DNA from: Octopus sinensis
Lineage: Eukaryota
Reading direction: 5' to 3'
Assembly: GCF_006345805.1 (NCBI RefSeq)
Contig: NC_043000.1
Span: 88,226,001 to 88,290,000, forward strand
DNA length: 64,000 bases
In this document: piece after piece, positions 12,843 to 26,442 of the stretch
Layout: each line of letters starts with the position of its first letter
How positions within the stretch are numbered: position 1 is the stretch's first letter
The notes under the pieces: model-generated
Told to the model about the DNA's origin: nothing
Database searches by the model: none
What the model saw: only the letters and a program-made list of their open reading frames with translations
Program-made: the position numbers and the translations under genes

Positions 12843-13161
12843 CCGGTCACCTGTTGATATCTGCCTCGACTCGTAATGTATATATCTAATTTCAGTGAAG
12901 TTTATTCACTGATTATCAAAATCAGAAATACTAAATTTCTAAATCTCTCGTAGAGACATGTACGGTGGTGGGGCGATAGAATGGTTGTATACTGTCAATC
13001 TAACATGAACGTGACAGTAGGTGGGGGGGGGTACATATCTCTACGAGAGATTTAGAAATTTGGTATTTCTGATTTTGATAATCAGTGAATAAACTTCACT
13101 GAAGTTAGATATATACATTACGAGTCGAGGCAGATATCAACAGTTGACCGGCGTCTGCTAG

Positions 13162-13209
13162 TCTAGACGGACGAAGAACAATGATCCTGAAAACACGCGT
13201 GTCTCTAGA
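13162..13209 (+). ncRNA. Hammerhead ribozyme, inverted copy of 11161-11207 (degenerate core)
   Basis: tctaga CGGACGA agaacaatgatcct GAAA acacgcgtg TC tctaga. Confidence 0.55.
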
Positions 13210-13438
13210 TGCAGCCCTAGCGGCTAGGGGTATCTGTCTCCCCTTCGTAAATGTATATAAGGACATTGGAAGAATGTGTCAAAGCCATCAGGAGGCGTCG
13301 ATGCTTCCTAGGGCTAAACAGCGGGGGTGTACCCCCCCTATTATCACGTTCATGTTAGATTGACAGTAAGTATACAACCATTCTATCGCCCCACAACCGT
13401 ATATGTCTCTACGAGAGATTTAGAAATTTAGTATTTCT

Positions 13439-13523
<85 letters not shown>

Positions 13524-13602
13524 TAAATTAGAGATAAAACAACTATTAGGCAAATCATACAATGAAAAACTTAAGCCAATACATAAGATTAATTAATTTA
13601 TA

Positions 13603-14358
13603 TTTGTGTATGAATATATCAGTCTATCTATATTGTTGTCCCTCTTTCGCTCACTCTATAGAAATATGTGTGTGTGTATACATGTGTGCGTGCGTGGGTG
13701 CGTACATGTGTGTGTGTGTTATACACAGCAATATATATATATATATATATATACATGGAGGTGCAATGGCCCAGTGGTTAGGGCAGCGGACTCGCGGTCG
13801 TAGGATCGCAGTTTCAATTCCCAGACCGGTCGTCGTGAGTGTTTATTGAGCGAAAACACCTAAGGCACCACTAGGATCCAGCGATCCCCGCTGTACTCTT
13901 TCGCTGCAACTTTCTCTCACCAGCGGAGTGGCGTCATTTGAAGGCTAAAGCAATGCGAAGTGGATTGTAACCAGCGATGTATAGCACATCTGATACCCTG
14001 GTCGGTCACGTGATAATAGTGAATATACACACACACACACATATATGTATATATATATGTGGGAATACATGTATACGTACATATATTTGTGTATATATAA
14101 AAATATATACATGCATGTGTATATGTATGTATGTGTACGTGTATATATTTAAAAATGCACGTGTGTGTATGTTTACCTATCTATCTATCTATCTATTTAG
14201 GTTTATATGTAATATATATATGTGTGAATATAATTCTACATTTGTGTATGAATATATCAGTCTATCTATATCGCTCACTCTATAGAAATATGTGTGTGTG
14301 TATACGTGTGTGCGTGCGTGAGTGCGTACATGTGTGTGTGTGTTATACACAGCAATAT
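13603..14358. repeat. ~120-130 bp direct repeat flanking a SINE
   Basis: tttgtgtatgaatatatcagtctatctatat...cgctcactctatagaaatatg...ttatacacagcaatat at 13603-13735 and 14241-14358. Confidence 0.75.
13757..14013 (+). mobile_element. tRNA-derived SINE (GGAGGCGCAATGGCCCAGTGG head; octopus OR-type by inference)
   Basis: A box TGGCCCAGTGG, B box-like AGTTTCAATTCC, tail ...ctggtcggtcacgtgat; homologous to 44528. Confidence 0.85.
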
Positions 14359-16499
14359 TCTGAAAGTCAGTTAAATCGGCGTATGTATAATCAATTCAAT
14401 CTCTGAATGCTTGTATACGGATATATGTTTGTATGTTTTAAACACTTGATTGACGTATTAGTTGTATATAGAATTGATCTTTAACTTCCTATTTAAAAAT
14501 CACGTTCAGTACTGCATGTAGTCATACGAGTTTAGTTATAGCTATTTTGTTTTCCTATTCTCTTTGATTTTGCATATGTACGATCAGATATTTCGAATTT
14601 CCCCATGTACGGAATAAAGCTAAATATAGTTGGCGTGTGTTTCCCTTAGCTAACACTGTTGATATCACTTCTTCTCATGAGTATCGCTGAATCAACAGAA
14701 AACGATTGCAGTCTGTCTTCCTTTGATTTACTCTACGGAAGCAGAATCCTCAGTGGTTTCCAAATTCTTAATGAAATACAGAACAATATTTTTATTTTAT
14801 TTTTGTACTTGTAATTATATTTACGTCTAGAAAATTCTTTTAGTGGCAATAGACTTGAATCCTTTTATTTATATTTTATTTTTAATCAGAAACTAAGTTT
14901 CGCTTAAGCTAAACGGGGGGAAACGATTTGTAATAGCAATGCAAGTTATTAAACTAGAATCAGTTCGAATAGATAATTTACTATCGAACAAGAGAGAATC
15001 CTAACGAATAATTGATTTTTCCTTGGTGACACGGGGTAATCATGATTATTGTATAACAAAGTGAGAGCTTCAACACCTGAGCAAATAGAAAGTGAGTGAA
15101 CGAACGGTAATGAGAAAATGGGAGAGAAAGAGAACACGGATAGATAGATTGATAGATAGAGAAGTGGAGGGTAAAGAGAGAGAGAGAGAGAGAGAGGGGG
15201 GAAGGGCGATGAGAAGTTAGAAAAAACAGATATATTAAAATAAGTTTAGGGAAGTGAAATAAAAACGGCTGGGCAAACAGCAAGAAAGAGAGAGAGAGGG
15301 AGAGAGAGAAGCGATATATAGAATATATTGAAGCTAGTGAAAGGTATAAGAAGAGACTGAGGAATAGGAAGGGAGTGAATGAATGGATGCTAAATAAAAG
15401 AGAAAGGAAAATAACCAGAGAGCGAGTGTGAGAGAGTCAAAGAAGTGACAGTTACAAAGAGAGAGAGGAAGTCACAGAATGAGAATGAATGATATGACAG
15501 AGATTTTCACTAACTACAGAGAAGGCAAGAAATTGTAAAATATCGTAACTTTCCAATAAATTTGCTGTAATGCTATAACGTAATGCAATACCAATTTCAG
15601 TTTTGTGTTTCTCTCTTTGATGTAATAAAATCTGTCAAATGAAGGTTACTAAGATCGATTAAGTTTATAGACTAATACCCGAGAATGTCCATATCGCAAA
15701 GCAGCCAAGCAGCTTGCGGTCCTTCTCTGTAAATCCATTACTGACAGCGACAATAATACAATGCTTTCTTCTCGCAATAACGTAGGGCGATCAATATCAT
15801 GAATATGTAGAATTTTGTACTGGTAGATACAGAGCAGTTCAAATGAATTGACAGTTCTTTTCCAGCCCTTACCTTTGCAGTGCCATCTGTTTTCCTTTCC
15901 CTTCACCTTTCTTTTGAAATGAACGAATTCTACTTGTCAGAGTTATTATCGCGTTGGACGATAATATGAGCATAATTCGTTTTGAACCTATTGTTAATAG
16001 CATTATCATTATGGCTTTAAAAAATGCATGCTTATACCATATTTAAGAAATATATAATATAGTTATATCTTATAATATTGCTACTGATTATTTGATAATG
16101 GCTTGATTAACAGCCAATTACGAGTGATTTTGAGAGTACCGAAATCGTCAAGGAATGTATTAACACATATGTCGCTGGAAATTGTATATAAAACTGTAAG
16201 TGAATAAAAATCGGAAAAACCTCTCCTAAATTTGACAAACGTTTAAGAGGCATTGATTAAAAAGGTGTTTCTGGCAATAGAAAATATTGATAATTGAATA
16301 CAAATTACCAGTCAAGTATTGAGGAAGTAATCTACCCGAAGTACCCGCCACAGCATTTCTGGTCTTATAACTGAAACAATTAGTAATATCTAAAAATGGC
16401 AGCCATCATTTTCCACGAGAAAAGAAACCTAAATAGTTATTCTATTTTAAATATACATATTTGATTGATAACGTACATCAAAACCCAAATAGGAAAATA

Positions 16500-16690
16500 A
16501 AAATGTAAACAAAATGATTTCTTCAAATTTCGGCAAAAGGATAGCAGTGTTGAAGAGCGGGGTAAGTCGATTATATCAACTTCAGTACTTGACTCGTACT
16601 TTATTTTATCGAAAAGAGGAAAGGCAAGGTTTTTCTGGGCATGATTTGATCTCAGAATGTAAAGAGCTGAAAGAAATACTGCTAAGCGTA
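16500..16690 (-). mobile_element. Decayed SINE (27620 family)
   Basis: gtaagtcgattatatcaac...gtactttattttatcga...gaaaggcaagg...atttgatctcagaatgtaaag...aaatactgctaagc. Confidence 0.6.
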
Positions 16691-18105
16691 TATTCCTACG
16701 CGATAACAATTATACCAACTCAACGCCTTTCAATTAAACAAAATGATGAAAATAGTGATGTATTTGCTGGGTCAATTTTCTCTTTTTCATTGAATTTCAA
16801 TACACACACTGCTTGAAAATCGATGCCTTTTATTCTGTTTTCTAGCAGAATACCGAAACTTAGACATTGTAGCTATTATTATTAGGAGGGCTTCCATGTC
16901 ACTGAATAATCGTTTTTGTCTTTAATTCTCTTTTGCTAGATTCATTGCAATAATGTCCATGAATTGCCTCTACAATTAGTTTTGTGAGAAAGATAAAAAC
17001 CAGAGAATAATCAGTGATAACATGAATAAATTCTGTGTGAAAAGAAACTCAGTCCGAAACAACCGACAATGAATTTACGAAGAAATAAATGAATAATCAA
17101 ATAAAAAATAATAAAATATAACAATATGCACATAGTTTATAGTGCATCGTTTATATTGAAATTGCGGTGTATCTACCAATGCAAATACATAGCATTTATA
17201 TTGCTATGTATCTAGCAATACAGAAATATTACCGGGAGAAACACACAGAAACGTTCTCTGCGTAACGAAAACAAATACTGAAGTGGACACTAACATACTC
17301 AGTGTAGAACGCCATGAAATTAATCAAAATGTCTTTCCTTACTACGGTGCTTACATTACTAATGTTTGTATTGATTTTTTTTTTCATTAAGCTCATAGTT
17401 AACAGATCAACATTTGTAGGAAAATCGATTGAATAGGTCTGATATATTATAGATAGCTAATTCATTGATGACTAAAACATTTGAACATGAATCACACAAA
17501 ATAATGGAAGTCATTTAGTCCGTCCCGTCATCCCGGTTACTTATTTTATTAATTGCATATGTTTTAGCAAATGATTTATTCTTCTGTTAAAATCACGAAA
17601 CTTGGAATGAGAGCTGAGTAATAAAACAAGCTCTATTTTTGTCAACGAAGCATTCTAGACCATAAACTGAATAGCTTAAATCAGATGGTATGATATTTTA
17701 GAGGCATAAACGTTAATTTTAAGATAAAATCAGCATAAATACTCAGTATACTACTTATTAAACTTTAAGTCACCACTGTTGGTTTTCTTTATATGTAAAT
17801 TATTTATTTCTCTATGCTAAATTTTGTGAAGTGATATTGATCTATCGGATGGTATACACTTTTTCAATCGTGTAAATATCTCTCGGGAAATTTTAGCGGA
17901 ACGATTCTTCATAGCTGAAAACCAAAAGGAATTTGATTAAACAGTTTAGAGATTGTATCAAAATTCCATTTTGATCTTAAAAAAAAAGAATAAACTGATC
18001 TTTGTTCTAATATTATTGCATTATTTTTGTATATAATACATAATGTATTTTTGAAGTTACATTTTTAGATTTACAGGTACCTGTATCTATCTACCTACCT
18101 CCTGC

Positions 18106-18370
<265 letters not shown>

Positions 18371-19348
18371 GGGTATGTTTATAGATCTTTGTCGTTGAGG
18401 TTAGAAATTTGTGACCTTGTCCTTGCAATACAGTTATAACTGGCTTTAAGAGAATTTTTATTAATGATTTCGTGATACATGTGAAAAACATATGAAGTAA
18501 GAAAGTGCTCACTAATTAATGTCAGGAAGGTCTTTAGTACCTTTATGCAAATATTCAAACTATACGGAAGAATTTACAAGAATATTTTTCTATTACAACA
18601 TTTAGTATTATTTGATATGGGTGGCTCTGTGTATTCTATGCATTTCCACTTGTCTTTAATAACACCTCCACTTAGAGTTCCACGCAGTATGGTTTAGGTT
18701 AAAAAAATACCTATCCCTTATGTGAACGGTTAGATACACATTACTAATCTTGATTTTAATATGCAGTACCATCGTGATTAAACATTACAGTTTCTATTTA
18801 TGTATACTATTTCTGCCTCAGGTTTAGTTAGGGTAGTGTTTTACGTGTTTTAAAATTTATTGTTACATGTAAGACGTTTATTATTTGAAGGTATATATTT
18901 ATTGTAATCTTAAACAAAATTCTTTGAACAAGCTAATTAGATATTTTTTCTGAGCATGTTCATATCTTTCCGTTATGTCTAAAAGCTTATGACAGTGGAT
19001 CTATATTTCACGGGTTGTAGGATATATAATCTGGCCGAATCTGACATCTCTGCTCCGTCGTAAATTCCCATGATTGTACATTTCCGTGTTCTTTTAGGAC
19101 AGAAGGGATTGTCATAAAATAATAACGAGATCTTTTCACACATTACAATATTGGAATCATTGCACAATAGAGCGATTTAGAAAATTATACACACACACAC
19201 ACACATACGCGCACACACACACACACTTATATCTAGGCCTGTATAAATATAAAGACATGTATGTGGCTGTGTATGTATATGTGAATGCGCATATGTATTT
19301 ATGTTGTGCATGTATATCTGTGTGACAGTTTCTCTTGCTCTCTCTCAC

Positions 19349-19446
<98 letters not shown>

Positions 19447-20121
19447 ATTCTATCTGTATCTATGTATGCATATATACACATATATATATATGTGTGTGTG
19501 CGTGAGTGTGTGCGAAGGGTGTATGAAAAATTTTGAGCCTTCAAGGCCTTTAAGACTTGAAGTTTTGTACCGTGTTTTGGTTTCTTGAGTCTCAAGACTT
19601 TTCATACACTCCACCACATATATGACCTTCATGACAAGGTTCTGGGAATCTTAAGTGACTGAGACACACGAGTAGAATAAACAATGGCATTCTTATACTT
19701 TCTACATACATCATGGGCATTGATTCCAAAAATACTATAAATTTCCGTTATTCTTTTTTAGTTCTGGAAATATAGCACGCCCTATTCTAAACGGGTAATT
19801 AAACTCTTGTGTTGAAATGAGAGACCGAAGTTGCTGGAATGTATGACCCAATTCGTAAGTAAGTTGTTGCATTAATTCTTAACTAGCTGATCTCCTAGAT
19901 ATTTCATAGTTTAATTAGACGCAACCACCACTTATGAAAGATCAATATGGCATTATATATGTATGTTTGTGTGTGTGTGTGTGCTGGTGTGTGCATGTAT
20001 GTATATGAAATATGCATGTACATGTATGTATAGGTATGTATCTTTCTGTCTGTCTGATGGTGTCTCTCCTCTCTTTCTTCTCTCTCTCTCTATATATATA
20101 TATATACATATATATATACAT

Positions 20122-20155
<34 letters not shown>

Positions 20156-20199
20156 ATATATATATATATATATTATATATATATATATATACATAATAT

Positions 20200-20253
<54 letters not shown>

Positions 20254-21394
20254 TATATATATACACATATATATATATAATATGTATATATATATATATA
20301 AAAATAATATACACAGTACCTTAATTACATGCTCATCATAAAAAGTAAATCGAATATATTTAACGACTGAAATTACCGAAATATATTTTAGTGATAAATT
20401 CTGTTTAAGCAATATTTTTGCTAAAATTAAATCCCCTTGTAGTTCCTACCCATATGAACGCTGATAGTGTGCGCACATATAAACTCACTCGCTTTCTCAC
20501 ACACACAGCTAATTGTCTTCTGGATGTACACGTGCAAGTGTGAATGTGTCTCGAGCTAGTAGTGTCCGTTTAAACATCTCTCTCACTCTTTCTCCCACTC
20601 ACAAAATAATAGATTGTTTATGCCACAGGAATTTACCGTTAGCATTTCAATATGAGATTATACAGGTCCCTTGCGTTTGTCTAAAATGAGAATCCTGTTA
20701 ACTGGATGTTATTCCGTCCACCATTTTTGAGAGAGCTGTCATGATTAGTTTCCGTGATAAAAATTGAAATTCTAAAATATACTCAAAAGTAGGAACCTTG
20801 GACATATAATTTGTAATATTATAAAATACTTTACATATCGATTAATATTCATGTTATTAATCCATATAATTCTTGTTTTCTGTTCCGGTATTTCAGAAAC
20901 TTTCAGAAACTTGATTTTTGAGCCAATTTGCGATTGCTTTGCATTTATTATTCTGTTGACAACATTTTATTTAAAACAATTACAAAAATTGAATTTAAAT
21001 TAGCTATCCGTACTTTATATGTGTTTATTTATTTTTATTTATTGTTTGTGATTTATAAATTGAATGAATTTAATTACAAATGTTTGGAACAAAATAAAAT
21101 AAAACTAATTTCAGTTAATTGTTTTCTCATATTAGTCTTTAACTGAAGGCGCTGAAACCGCTCCCATGTACGTTGGTTGTTTATATAAAACAATGTACTT
21201 TATGTTTTGGTATAGTGCAGCGTATTTTCTTTCATAATTGTTAGTCGTTAATTGCAAACTAAATTAGGTAAAAATCTAATGTCGATATATTGGTATTTGT
21301 AAATGTAAATCAAATGCTACTTGTACATTGATCCGATATACTAATTTTAATTCGCTCTCTCCTTTTTGTATTTTTCATAGACGCCATAAGACCT

Positions 21395-22374
21395 AAAATA
21401 CTCGCATATGCTAAAAAGATATATTTTGATGTGTTCGTGGCGAGTGCATTATGATTAGGTGAGAAATATCCTATTTCCCATTTTTGTAGAGGAAATACCT
21501 TTCTTATTTTAAAGTAAAACTTGAAGACTATAACAAAGTCTAGGACTCACTATATCTTATGCAAAACATGTGCGAGTACAGCTTAACGATCATTGTAAAT
21601 CGTGGGTTCCTATAGTTTATGAAAAACATGCATGAGTAATTTGAAGCAAGGGCCTAATGGAAAGAGAATTGCTTAAAATTTGTAGTTTCAGTAATTTGAG
21701 GTTAAAAAAAAAGAAACGGAAATATTACGATGATTGTTGTTTTTGTTTTGTCAGCTTTAAGGGCATCAATTGACATAATTGGCACTAGTAAGAAGGTTGT
21801 GTGGACGCCCCTAGACGATGAAGTAAACTACGTATATAGAGGTAGAAGTCTAGACGTCGAGAAGAAGAGTCAAGTTGAGTAAGGGTCTCACTTAAAAATC
21901 ATCGAGCAAATGTGAACAGAACTAAAGAGAAGAGTTCGTCAGAAGAAACCACGCAGTCTTGAAGAGTTGTGGGAGCTAAGTCAGTGAAAATCGCATCTCT
22001 TACCTGTGAAAGTGGTGAAGGATTTGTACGCATCTCTTCCCAAGCGCATTGATGCAATTATTCAATCTAACGGAAGCCACACGAAATATTAACAAAGCAC
22101 AGTAACTTCTTGAAATGGACATTAAGTAATACATTTTCATCATACATATATTTATATATAAATATACATATACTTTTTTTGTATATACAGGTGTGGCTGT
22201 ATGGTAAGTAGCTTGCTTACCAACTACACGGTTCCGTGTTCAATCCCACTGCATGGCACCTTAGGAAAGTGCCTTCTACTATAGCCTTGGGCCGACCAAA
22301 ACCTTGTGAGTGGATTTGGTAGACGGAAACTGAGAGAAGCCTGTCGTATATATATATATAAATATATATATGTA

Positions 22375-22412
<38 letters not shown>

Positions 22413-22710
22413 TGAAACTACAAATTTTAAGCAATTCTCTTTCCATTAGGCCCTTGCTTCAAATTACACATGCATGTTTTTCATAAACTATAGGAGGCCA
22501 CGATTTACAATGATCGTTAAGCTGTACTCGTGCATGTTTTGCATAAGATATAGTGAGTCCTAGACTTTGTTATGGTCTTCAAGTTTTACTTTAAAATAAG
22601 AAAGGTATTTCCTCTACAAAAATGGGAAATAGGATATTTCTCACCTAATCATAGTGTACTCGCCACGAACACATCAAAAGATATCTTTTTAGCATATATG
22701 CGAGTATTTT
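21395..22710. repeat. ~297 bp inverted repeat pair (21395-21690 / 22413-22710)
   Basis: aaaatactcgcatatg...ttaaaatttgtagtttca versus tgaaactacaaattttaa...catatatgcgagtatttt; only a few substitutions. Confidence 0.9.
21886..22092 (+). pseudogene. Tc1-family transposase C-terminal fragment
   Basis: SHLKIIEQM*TELKRRVRQKKPRSLEELWELSQ*...KDLYASLPKRIDAIIQSNGSHTKY* matches the Tc1 pattern (SPDLNPIE..W...SMP.R..AVI...G..TKY). Confidence 0.85.
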
Positions 22711-22910
22711 GTGTGTGTGTGTGTGTGTGTTTGTTGTCCCCCCAACATCGCTTGACAACCGATGCTGGTGTGTTTACGTCCCCGTTACTTAGCGTTTCGG
22801 CAAAAGAGACCGATAGAATAAGTACTAGGCTTACAAAGAATATGGGGTCGATTTGCTCCAGCAGGGCCGCAGTCAAATGACTGAAACAAGTAAAAGAGAG
22901 AGTAAAGAGT
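22188..22910 (+). mobile_element. tRNA-derived CORE-like SINE, split at its (TG)n by the 22413-22710 segment
   Basis: 5' half (gtggctgtatggtaag...ggaaactgagagaagcc) and 3' half (cttgacaaccgatgctgg...cagtcaaatgactgaaacaagtaaaagag) are colinear with 23617-24022. Confidence 0.85.
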
Positions 22911-23098
22911 ATATATATATTTGTATAGCAGCTAGTAACAGGAAAATTATACGTTCTAGCTTTCGCTGTTGTAACTGTTAAGAGAAAGAAAAAGATGTAG
23001 AAGTTGAAAGGAAGATAATATCTAGACGAAATTTTATTTGTGTTCGTACTGAGACGCACATATACACACACAGATACATTCATACATACATACATACA

Positions 23099-23162
<64 letters not shown>

Positions 23163-23616
23163 TATACGCACGTATACATACACGCTCACACACGCATATT
23201 CAAGTATATGGGTATATACATACAACTATATACAGGTGCATACGCACACGTATGGACGAATACATACATATATACGCCTGTATCTTGCTTTACGTACGGA
23301 TATATGCACATATTTACATATGCTATCTACGTATATTTATGTAAACCCTTAAAATAATTTCATTTTAAAAAAAGCTGACACTGCCAATTACAAAGATTTT
23401 AAATACCGCACCAAACTTCGATCTTCAAATTATGAAAGCAAATGATTAAACCAACCATAACTAAAACTACTGTCACTTCCTTGTCCTACCTACATTTTTT
23501 TTAAACCGCTTAAACAAAGTTCTTATGACCTGAGGGAAACACACCTAAACATACACACCTGCATACACAGTTCTACATGCATGAATAGTTTCTAAACAAT
23601 AACTAACCTAATAATA

Positions 23617-24022
23617 GGCGCAGGAGTGGCTGTGTGGTAAGTAGCTTGTTTACCAACCACATGGTTCCGGGTTCAGTCCTACTGCGTGGCACCTTGGGCA
23701 AATGTCTTCTACTATAGCCTCGGGCCGACCAAAGCCTTGTGAGTGGATTTGGTAGACGGAAACTGAAAGAAGCCCGTCGTATATATGTATATATATATAT
23801 GTATGTGTGTGTCTGTGTTTGTCCCCCTAGCATTGCTTGACAACCGATGCTGGTGTGTTTATGTCCCCGTTACTTAGCGGTTCGGCAAAAGAGACCGATA
23901 GAATAAGTACTGGGCTTACAAAAGAATAAGTCCCGGGTTCGAGTTGCTCGATTAAAGGCGGTGCCCCAGCATGGCCGCAGTCAAATGACTGAACAAGTAA
24001 AAGAGTAAAAGAGTAAAGAGTA
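23617..24022 (+). mobile_element. Full-length tRNA-derived CORE-like SINE
   Basis: A box TGGCTGTGTGG, B box GGTTCAGTCC, CORE-like GGCACCTTGGGCAAATGTCTT, internal (TA)(TG) tract, (AAGAGTA)n tail. Confidence 0.9.
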
Positions 24023-24362
24023 ACCCCAAATTTAATCAATCATAATTTTTCCGAAACCCGTTTCCATCACAAACGAACTACAAAGTAATTACCACTCTAG
24101 TCAAAGCCATATGCCTAAGGAAGAGATTTAACTGAAAAGATACGATAGAAAGCCAAGATTAGGTTCAATGCATCGCAGTTCAACACTTGATCAGTTGGAC
24201 GAAACTTAGAAGTCATTGTCAATAGTATTCTTGTCTAAGAATGATAAATTTGCACTCTACGAAAGTAACTCATCAGATTAATTTACTGAACATAAAAACA
24301 AACATTAATACACACACACATAGTATTAATAAGGTAGATGGAAGGAGAAAAGATGTTATTGG

Positions 24363-24402
24363 GTACGACACGTTTCGACCCTTTCGGGGTCTCTGCGGGT
24401 AC
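24363..24402 (-). ncRNA. Degenerate minimal hammerhead ribozyme
   Basis: gtac CCGCAGA gaccc-cgaaa-gggtc GAAA cgtg TC gtac. Confidence 0.5.
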
Positions 24403-24771
24403 ATCAATAAAAAGTTTTACGAGAGATTTTCTGATTTGATTTTACGTACCGCTATATGTCCATCAACTTCGAGAATAAATAAAAAAAAATAGAGAAAAAT
24501 TGTAATGCAAGAATATTCAAATATGAACATGAAAATTATACGTTCTAGTTTAGAGAAAAAGACGTAATGAGCTTTCGGTGTGGTAACTGTTAAGAGAAAG
24601 AAAAAGATGTAGAAGTTGAAAGGAAGATAATACTTAGACGAAAATTTCTTTCTGTGTTCGTGTTGAGACGCACATATACACACACAGATATATACATACA
24701 TACATACATACATACATACATACATACATACATACATACATACATACATACATACATACATACATGTATAT

Positions 24772-24896
24772 ATCACCGTGATCACCGTGACCGACCAGGT
24801 TATCAGATGTTGCTACACATCGCTGGTCACAACGCGCTTCACATTGTTTTAGCCTTCAAATGACGCCATCACGCTGGCTAAGCGAGCAGACCAACA
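24772..24896 (-). mobile_element. 5'-truncated SINE tail (13757/44528 family)
   Basis: Reverse complement of ...ttgaaggctaaaacaatg...gtgaccagcgatgtgtagcaac.tctgata.cctggtcggtcacg. Confidence 0.85.
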
Positions 24897-24902
24897 TATA
24901 TA

Positions 24903-24981
<79 letters not shown>

Positions 24982-25011
24982 GCGAGAAAGAAGCAACAAG
25001 AATGGATAGGT

Positions 25012-25101
25012 TTTTAGTACGATCGTTTCATACAAGGACAGGTTTTATTAAAGTTGCAAAGATTACAGCATATAAACGAGTCCCGTACTCATCAGCTAAA
25101 A
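25012..25101 (-). ncRNA. Type I hammerhead ribozyme with long stem II insert
   Basis: ttttag CTGATGA gtacgggac...gtccttgtat GAAA cgatcg TA ctaaaa; palindromic stem III, GUA triplet. Confidence 0.75.
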
Positions 25102-25796
25102 TACATGTAAGTTCTCTAGACATCCTAGTGTTTGAGGCTATACTCATAAGTATGTAGATAATTAAACAGATTTCTAAAGTTCATTAAAGTTCTTTAAGAT
25201 GATGTACAGTCTTATCACAGAATTTTAAAAAAGTTTTGATAGCATCACAGAGAAGGTGACCTAATCCATATGAATTTCCATAGATATGATGAGGGTTATA
25301 TACTCACAGAAGACAAATTTATCCATTGTTAATTAACACGAGGTGGGTCTCAATTCCTGCTTATTAGCATTACAGAGAGGGTGAATTAATCATTTGATAT
25401 ATGCACAGATTCCATGGTGTAGATGTAATTTCCAGAGAAATGGAGATGAATTTCATATTCACAGGCGATAAATTTTACAATGGTTGAACACAATGAGGTA
25501 GGTATCAATCCTTGTTATATGATTAGGTGTTTGCCACATTAATCACATTACTGCTATTCACAAGAGGCTGTAGCTATTTGTCTTCTGTGAGTATATAATC
25601 CCTCATCATATCTATGGAAATTCATATGGATTAGGTCACCTTCTCTGTGATGCTATCAAAACTTTTTTAAAATTCTGTGATAAGACTGTACATCATCTTT
25701 AAAGAACTTTAATGAACTTTAGAAATCTGTTTAATTATCTACATTACTTCATGAGTATAGCCTCAAACACTAGGATGTCTAGAGAACTTACATGTA

Positions 25797-25886
25797 TTTT
25801 AGCTGATGAGTATGGGACTCGTTTTATGCTGTAATCTTTGCAACTTTTAATAAAACCTGTCCTTGTATGAAACGATCGTACTAAAA
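25797..25886 (+). ncRNA. Type I hammerhead ribozyme with long stem II insert
   Basis: ttttag CTGATGA gtatgggac...gtccttgtat GAAA cgatcg TA ctaaaa. Confidence 0.75.
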
Positions 25887-26409
25887 CCCTATCATTCTTG
25901 TGCTTCTTTCTCGCTTATAATCACCCCACATTACTGTATTGTTAAATCAGATAGTTTTTTTTTTTGGTGCATCTAAGTTAGGTACCATATTCAAGTAAAT
26001 TTTTAAATTAACTTGAATCTTTATTGCTCTTTGAATATAATATATATATATATATTATATATATATATATATATATAATATATATATATATATAACATAT
26101 ACACGCTCACACACGCACAGTCAATATATGGGTATATACATACAAATATATACATGTATACGCCCACGTATGGACGAATACATACATATATGCGCCTGTA
26201 TTTTGCTTTACGTACGAATATATGTACATATTTACATATGATATGTACGTATATTTATGTATATATACGCGTGTGTACCTGCATATATGAGTTTCTATGC
26301 ATATACATGTATGTACTCGGTTATACGTTTACTTATGCGCGTATATCTAGTTTTATGTATAAACCCATGTAATTGGATGTGCGTGTGTGAGCGTGTATGT
26401 ATATGTGCG

Positions 26410-26442
<33 letters not shown>

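Larger units (their letters stand above)
10988..13440. mobile_element. HHR-containing ~365 bp repeat (retrozyme-like family A): ~1.1 units plus an inverted ~1.1 units, flanked by (TA)n
   Basis: gaatggttgtatactg recurs at 10991 and 12979 (363 bp apart after removing the 1625 bp insert+TSD); tctctacgagag recurs at 13038 and 13406 (368 bp); 13035-13440 is the reverse complement of the left arm. Confidence 0.8.
24982..25914. mobile_element. Inner inverted repeat (24982-25318 / 25576-25914), Penelope-like insertion in (TA)n
   Basis: ~338 bp near-identical arms with a 257 bp spacer; each arm carries an HHR. Confidence 0.9.

Noticed and set aside
13757-13830. tRNA genes at the SINE heads (also 23617, 44528, 62632)
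   Set aside because: A and B boxes are present, but there is no proper cloverleaf and each continues into a SINE body, with a TSD at 44528 and 62246
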